From UHGV virus genome UHGV-0112180: DNA of 64,000 nucleotides. One strand, written 5' to 3'. Positions 58,479 to 64,000 of the stretch are shown here, piece by piece (positions within the stretch are counted from its first letter, which is position 1; each line of letters starts with the position of its first letter). Under the pieces are notes generated by a model, which saw only the letters and a list, made by a program, of their open reading frames with translations, made no database searches and had not been told where the DNA came from. The position numbers were made by a program, and so were the translations under genes. The stretch is from a virus.

Positions 58479-60415
58479 TAAGCACCTCCCTGCTGAATTT
58501 CAGCCAGAATGTTGATCAGGTAGTCAACTGCTGCACCAACAGTGGCTTCGTTCTCGTCGTATCGACCTGCACTGATTAGAGCGTTTGCTGCTTCCTGCAC
58601 ATGATCAAGTTCAGCACTAATGACCGTCAGATCGCGGGATGTAAACTGCTCCGGCACGGATTTCAGGTACTCCAGTGCTTTATCTGCCTCCTGATCAGCT
58701 TCATTTGCTGATTCACCCGTTTCTTCTGGCTCCTGTTCTGGTGCTGGTTGTGGTTGTGGTTGTGGTTGTGATTCTGGCTCAACCATATGCTCTGTTTTTA
58801 CTTCGCTTGAATGATTTTGAAGGGCGTTATACACGTCCATAATGAAAAGGTTCTCCCCATCACTAAGTGGATACGCCACGTTTGGAAACGCTTTGCGGAA
58901 AAGAATTTTCACTTGCGCCTTGAATGTTTTCAGGTCACTGCCAAACAGGTCCACATAGCCATCAATATGTTTCGACATGCTGGACGCAACCAATTGGTCT
59001 GCAAAATCTTTCAGCTCATCTTCATCAGGAAGATAGAGCAACTCGTACTGGCTGACTTCTTCATCTGTCAGTTTACGGTCATACGTAATGATACCGTGAC
59101 GAGCATATTCGTAATACTGATCAGCCTGGTCAGGACGATCAAGCACGGCTTTATTTCCATCCGGAACAGCACCAACACCAGCCGGGCGAGATTGAAGTGC
59201 ATAGTGGTATTTACCTACATCTTGGCTCTCTGGTTGTAATACTGGGTTCGTTTCGGGGTCTGTCTGTGGTGGTTCGGAGTCTTCCAGCTGGCCTGGTAAC
59301 ACATCAACTTTATATTTATCTGCGTTATGCTCTCGGTAGGCTTTAAGTAATTTGGTTGCAGCATCTGCCAAACTGCCTCCTTTGACAGCACTGGCATCAA
59401 TACTGAATTTACCTTCAGGTGCTACTATCGTAACGAAATTATCACTGCCGGACGTGACATAATTAACTTCAGCTCCATTATCCAGCACTGTTTTTCCGTC
59501 AATGGCAAGATTATGTTTTACATGTCGCAGCTGGTCACTAAACGCTCGTTCTTTCGTTTTTTCACCTTTAGCAGACAACAATTTATCGCGTTTTGCTTGT
59601 AATTCCTCGTTGATGGCTTTCTGGGCATCAAGTTTTTTTTGCATCTCCGTAAGAGCAGCACGCTTTTCAGTCAGCCCACGTTGCGCAACTTCCACCTGAT
59701 CAATCATTATTGACCGTTCTTCTGCCAGTTTATCTGCTTCATTGAGATAACTCTCAATATCTGCCTTCATTTTGTCCTGGCGCTCTTTTGCTTTCTTAAA
59801 TTTTTCGCTGTTACGCTCAATCAAATTAGATAGCGCCTGGCATACCTGGCTTAAAGAAACATCTCTCCCACCAATCGGGGCGACAACGTGAGTTACGTTA
59901 CGTTTATTAAGTAAAAACTGAAATGCAACAAGCTCGTCGTTACTCTTTATTTTTGCCCCGTCAGCTGTTGGAGAGTGGAAAATTATGCTTGTACTCTGCC
60001 CGTCAGTAAGCGGTATCTGCGCGGTCAAAACAGGGATATTAGCTACCCGACGTACACGACCGATAATCGCACCACCAATACAATTACGTCCATTTTCATC
60101 GGTCCCAGCTTCATCAGTCCCTGCCATAATATTCGTACCATTCAGGCCACGATTCAGCGCACGGACGAAAGCTCGCATTGTTTGAGCTAACCGAATTCTG
60201 GTTGTAGTTATGGACTCAAACATAGCTTCGTCAGACACAACCAGAATTTCATTGCCCATATAGGCAAGCTCAATATCTTCTAAGGTCGCCGCCTCAAAAA
60301 TCAGGTCATCTTCGCTTAATTCTTCTGAAGACCAGCGACTTGGCATATAGCCGGGGATCGTATCAGCAAAAGTAGACTGAATATTAATTCGTAAAGGATT
60401 GTTAATCATGCTCAT
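58478..60415 (-). CDS. Large coiled-coil protein with acidic QPQPQP repeat (P1 darA position)
   Basis: About 645 aa; start set at MSMINNPL with GGAGG upstream; central coiled coil. Confidence 0.35.
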   Translation of the reverse strand: MSMINNPLRINIQSTFADTIPGYMPSRWSSEELSEDDLIFEAATLEDIELAYMGNEILVVSDEAMFESITTTRIRLAQTMRAFVRALNRGLNGTNIMAGTDEAGTDENGRNCIGGAIIGRVRRVANIPVLTAQIPLTDGQSTSIIFHSPTADGAKIKSNDELVAFQFLLNKRNVTHVVAPIGGRDVSLSQVCQALSNLIERNSEKFKKAKERQDKMKADIESYLNEADKLAEERSIMIDQVEVAQRGLTEKRAALTEMQKKLDAQKAINEELQAKRDKLLSAKGEKTKERAFSDQLRHVKHNLAIDGKTVLDNGAEVNYVTSGSDNFVTIVAPEGKFSIDASAVKGGSLADAATKLLKAYREHNADKYKVDVLPGQLEDSEPPQTDPETNPVLQPESQDVGKYHYALQSRPAGVGAVPDGNKAVLDRPDQADQYYEYARHGIITYDRKLTDEEVSQYELLYLPDEDELKDFADQLVASSMSKHIDGYVDLFGSDLKTFKAQVKILFRKAFPNVAYPLSDGENLFIMDVYNALQNHSSEVKTEHMVEPESQPQPQPQPAPEQEPEETGESANEADQEADKALEYLKSVPEQFTSRDLTVISAELDHVQEAANALISAGRYDENEATVGAAVDYLINILAEIQQGGA

Positions 60416-61037
60416 CCTCCAGGCGCGCGATTTCTTCTTTAAGAGCACGTGTCTTAGCTACTTCCTGAGACAAGGCAGCTTTAACATTACCCGTATCTTG
60501 CATTACTTTGTCTGACTTGCTCTGGAGTTTAGACAGTTTGTCGTTAGCATTAGCGATATCTTCACGGAGTGCATCACGTGATTCTTTCGCTTCAGCTAAT
60601 TTCTGAGCGTTAGATTTAACTCCCTGCCGCTTCTTATTTCCGTCATCAATATTTTTTGCTGCACGAGCAAGTTTTCGAGCTAATGACTTCTGGAAAGAAG
60701 TTGCTCCACGATTAAATAAAGCCGCAAGAGATTGCCCCAAAGCCGACATTGTTTTTACTGGCTTGAACGGTACTGTTTTACCATTCAGTTTGATCCCAGA
60801 TATATCACCGGTATCGTTAACCTGAACTTCCATTGTCTGTTCATCAATACCAATAAGGGTAAACGTGCGCGTCATGATCCCATCTTTCTTCCTGCCATTA
60901 CTTGCAGGGATCACCCTCGCTATCTTGTAACCACCTTTGCTGATTTCTTTGACGAGTTTTGCCAGCCCCTTTTCGTTTAACTCATCATAATTAAGAAGAA
61001 CATAATTATTCTTATTTGACATCCCAGTCTCCTTCAC
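60402..61037 (-). CDS. Hypothetical protein (P1 hdf position)
   Basis: 211-aa ORF with K-rich coiled-coil C-terminus. Confidence 0.3.
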   Translation of the reverse strand: MKETGMSNKNNYVLLNYDELNEKGLAKLVKEISKGGYKIARVIPASNGRKKDGIMTRTFTLIGIDEQTMEVQVNDTGDISGIKLNGKTVPFKPVKTMSALGQSLAALFNRGATSFQKSLARKLARAAKNIDDGNKKRQGVKSNAQKLAEAKESRDALREDIANANDKLSKLQSKSDKVMQDTGNVKAALSQEVAKTRALKEEIARLEDEHD

Positions 61038-61458
61038 GCTTTTCGATCGTAAACTGGCGCTCTATGCAGTCATTGATAGGGAAAATGCGATAAAGCGGAT
61101 TCAGTCGGCAGTTACCGTTAGTCAATGTGACTTTCAGATCCCACTTCGTTGGCTCAAGATATTTCGTATCGATGAGCAAATACTCTTCTCTCTCACCGCG
61201 TTTTGAGGCGTCAACTGGTCGCGTTTTCCCTGAAATAACCACAGATGGATTTTTCAGGTCTTGCAACCAATATTCGATTTGAGCATTGCTGACCCAGCTT
61301 CGCTTAACACGTAGCGAAACAGGAAATGCTATAGCTGATTCTTTCACTACAGCGTCACCAATACTCAAAATCTCAACACTCTTGCGACGAAAAATGAAAC
61401 GGTCAATGATGGCAACAAATGCCATGATAAAAATGAAATAATTTCCAAAGTTACCCAT
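61012..61458 (-). CDS. Membrane-anchored protein, putative antiholin (P1 LydB position and size)
   Basis: 148 aa with N-terminal hydrophobic anchor; directly downstream of the holin-like gene. Confidence 0.35.
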   Translation of the reverse strand: MGNFGNYFIFIMAFVAIIDRFIFRRKSVEILSIGDAVVKESAIAFPVSLRVKRSWVSNAQIEYWLQDLKNPSVVISGKTRPVDASKRGEREEYLLIDTKYLEPTKWDLKVTLTNGNCRLNPLYRIFPINDCIERQFTIEKREGDWDVK

Positions 61459-61784
61459 TATTTCTCTCCACCTTTTCCCCCATTCGCTATTACGCTTAAG
61501 AGATTCAAGACGTTACTAGCTCTGGACTTCAAGCCCTGTAAAATTTCACTACCGTTGTTACTGGCAATCAGAACAACGCAGAAAATGATGCCTTCAGGCC
61601 ATTCTTGGCTAACCGCCACCCCATACCCCGCAAGCCCGGCTGTTACCGCAGTAAACAATTCACTCGCAAGATTGAGCAGGGACGCAGAAATGCGCCCGTC
61701 TCTAACTCCGAGAAGGAATACGCCGGTTCCACTTAGTAGGGATGTTATGACTACTACAGCCAGATTTTCATAATCTGCAAACAT
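61458..61784 (-). CDS. Holin-like protein (multi-pass membrane, 108 aa; P1 LydA position and size)
   Basis: Three hydrophobic segments with charged C-terminal tail KGGEK. Confidence 0.45.
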   Translation of the reverse strand: MFADYENLAVVVITSLLSGTGVFLLGVRDGRISASLLNLASELFTAVTAGLAGYGVAVSQEWPEGIIFCVVLIASNNGSEILQGLKSRASNVLNLLSVIANGGKGGEK

Positions 61785-61889
61785 ACCCCTCCAGAAATAA
61801 CATCTAATGCGCCACTAACTTAGTCAGTTTGTTATTTCCTTACAGGACATCTTCTAAAATCTCCCCCCTTAACATACTAGGGGGGACAT

Positions 61890-62450
61890 ATGCTTATTGG
61901 ATACATTCGCGTATCAACTAATGACCAAAACACCGCTTTACAACGAAACGCCCTTGAAAGCGCAGGATGTGAGCTAATTTTTGAGGATAAGGCGAGCGGC
62001 AAAAAGGCTGAACGCCCAGGGTTAAAAAAGGTTCTGCGTATTATTTCCAGAGGTGACACCCTGGTCGTATGGAAGTTAGATCGTCTTGGGCGCAGCATGC
62101 GTCACTTGGTTGTGCTGGTGGAAGAGCTGCGTGACAGAGGCATTAACTTCCGAAGTCTCACTGACTCCATCGACACCAGTACACCAATGGGGCGCTTTTT
62201 CTTTCACGTAATGGGGGCGCTGGCAGAAATGGAACGTGAGCTTATCGTTGAACGTACACGCGCTGGACTTGATGCAGCTCGCGCAGAAGGTCGTATAGGT
62301 GGGCGTCGGCCTAAATACAAAGAAGAAACATGGCAGCAAATGCGGCGATTGCTGGAGAAGGGCATCCCCCGTAAGCAGGTTGCAATCATCTATGATGTGG
62401 CTGTTTCCACGCTTTATAAGAAGTTTCCGGCGTCATCATTTCAATCCTAA
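61890..62450 (+). CDS. cin: Cin DNA invertase (serine recombinase, Hin/Gin/Cin family)
   Basis: MLIGYIRVSTNDQNTALQRNAL...TLVVWKLDRLGRSM...FFHVMGALAEMERELI...RIGGR near-identical to remembered P1 Cin. Confidence 0.9.
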   Translation: MLIGYIRVSTNDQNTALQRNALESAGCELIFEDKASGKKAERPGLKKVLRIISRGDTLVVWKLDRLGRSMRHLVVLVEELRDRGINFRSLTDSIDTSTPMGRFFFHVMGALAEMERELIVERTRAGLDAARAEGRIGGRRPKYKEETWQQMRRLLEKGIPRKQVAIIYDVAVSTLYKKFPASSFQS

Positions 62451-62464
62451 ACCTTGGTTTAAGA
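62439..62464. other. cix-like crossover site at the cin-proximal end of the invertible segment
   Basis: CAATCCTAAACC-TT-GGTTTAAGAGAA: AAACC-NN-GGTTT core as in gix/cix/hix sites; overlaps the cin stop codon. Confidence 0.45.
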
Positions 62465-64000
62465 GAACTCGGTACCAGCGGTGAAAAGATCCCCCTGTTG
62501 AGTACGGCTAACACATGGAGTGCGCGCCAGACTTTCAACGGCGGGATCACCGGGGCGCTGACAGGGAACGCCGACACCGCTACGAAATTAAAAACAGCCA
62601 TAAACATTAATGGCGTCAGGTTCGATGGTTCTACGAACATTTCGATACCAACAATTACGTCTAGAGGACGCGTTACTGCGCTTACCGGTACAACGCAAGG
62701 TGCTGCTACTGGATTGCAGATGTATGAGGCATACAACAATGGTTATCCAACGACTTACGGGAATGTACTTCACCTGAAGGGAGCAGCATCCACTGGTGAA
62801 GGCGAGTTGCTCATTGGCTGGAGTGGCACAAATGGCGCTCATGCACCTGCTTTCATTCGATCCAAAAGAGATAGCACTGCTGCGGCATGGTCCGAATGGG
62901 CGCAGATCTATACGTCAAAAGATTCCGTTCCCGGCGTCAATGCTAAAGGGGATCAGGATACCTCTGGTAATGCGGCTACAGCGACTAAATTGCAGACAGC
63001 ATGTACTATTAACGGTGTCTCGTTTGATGGTTCTAAAAATATTGAGTTAACGGCGGAAGATTTAAATCTTGAGCAAACCGTAGAATTAGCCGCTGGATCA
63101 TTGCAGAAAAACCAGAACGGCGCAGATATTCCAGGAAAAGATACCTTCACCAAAAATATTGGTGCCTGCCGCGCATATAGCTCATGGCTGAATATTGGTG
63201 GCGATAGTCAGGTCTGGACAACCGCGCAATTTATTTCGTGGCTGGAGAGTCAGGGAGCATTTAACCATCCTTACTGGATGTGCAAAGGCTCATGGGCTTA
63301 TGCAAATAATAAGGTCATTACAGATACAGGTTGCGGAAATATTTGTCTTGCAGGTGCTGTGGTGGAAGTTATTGGCACTCGCGGCGCAATGACCATACGC
63401 GTTACTACGCCGAGTACGTCCAGCGGCGGCGGAATTACTAACGCTCAATTCACCTATATTAATCATGGTGATGCTTATGCTCCTGGCTGGCGACGAGACT
63501 ACAACACGAAAAACCAGCAGCCTGCATTTGCTTTAGGGCAAACAGGAAGCACTGTCGGAAATGATAAAGCTGTTGGCTGGAACTGGAATAGCGGGGTCTA
63601 TAACGCAAATATTGGTGGCGCATCGACATTAATCCTCCACTTCAATATGAATACGGGGAGCTGCCCTGCTGTACAGTTCCGCGTGAATTACAGAAATGGC
63701 GGAATCTTTTATCGTTCAGCGCGTGATGGTTATGGCTTTGAAGCTGACTGGTCAGAGTTTTACACCACAACCCGCAAACCCTCTGCGAGAGATGTTGGTG
63801 CATATACGCAGGCAGAATGTAACTCAAGGTTTATTACAGGTATTCGCCTTGGCGGTCTGTCATCTGTTCAGACATGGAATGGTCCCGGCTGGTCTGACAG
63901 GTCAGGTTATGTCGTTACTGGTTCAGTTAACGGAAACCGTGATGAATTAATTGATACAACTCAGGCAAGGCCAATTCAGTATTGCATTAATGGAACGTGG
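62451..64000 (+). CDS. Tail-fibre variable C-terminal segment in silent orientation (Sv'-like), partial, runs past window end
   Basis: Stop-free frame from 62420 to 64000 (absent from ORF track because no stop in window); G/T/S/N-rich translation ...GTSGEKIPLLSTANTWSARQTFNGG...; no upstream constant part in this orientation. Confidence 0.55.

Noticed and set aside
62386-63153. Minus-strand and alternative-frame ORFs within the invertible segment (62386..62739, 62588..62842, 62796..63050, 62953..63153)
   Set aside because: They overlap the stop-free plus-strand frame that translates to a tail-fibre-like protein and show no coding character of their own.
1-64000. Insertion sequences or transposases as agents of the rearrangements
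   Set aside because: No ORF shows DDE-transposase or IS-type features and no terminal inverted repeats with target duplications were seen.

Overview
The window is almost entirely a P1-family phage-plasmid genome segment, most like phage D6: it carries a Dre-like tyrosine recombinase next to a site that matches rox (14-bp inverted arms, 4-bp spacer). Only the first ~260 bp look chromosomal: the 3' end of glnS plus its terminator. P1-type landmarks read directly from the sequence include phd-doc, a LexA-boxed humD, pacA-pacB terminase, a DarB-like 2278-aa methyltransferase-helicase, Cin invertase with a cix-like site and a silent tail-fibre segment, a holin/antiholin pair, a TerB-like (tci) operon and a minus-strand tRNA array. 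Accessory content includes a higB-higA pair with an AT-rich membrane-protein gene, two DUF2829 (Tad2-like) proteins beside a dUTPase, two copies of an icd-ant immunity module (one frameshifted), and a family of conserved hairpins interleaved with the tRNAs. No rRNA, CRISPR array, transposase or IS element was seen. All homology calls are from reading the translations and from memory of the families; no database search was run, and coordinates of short sites are hand-counted.
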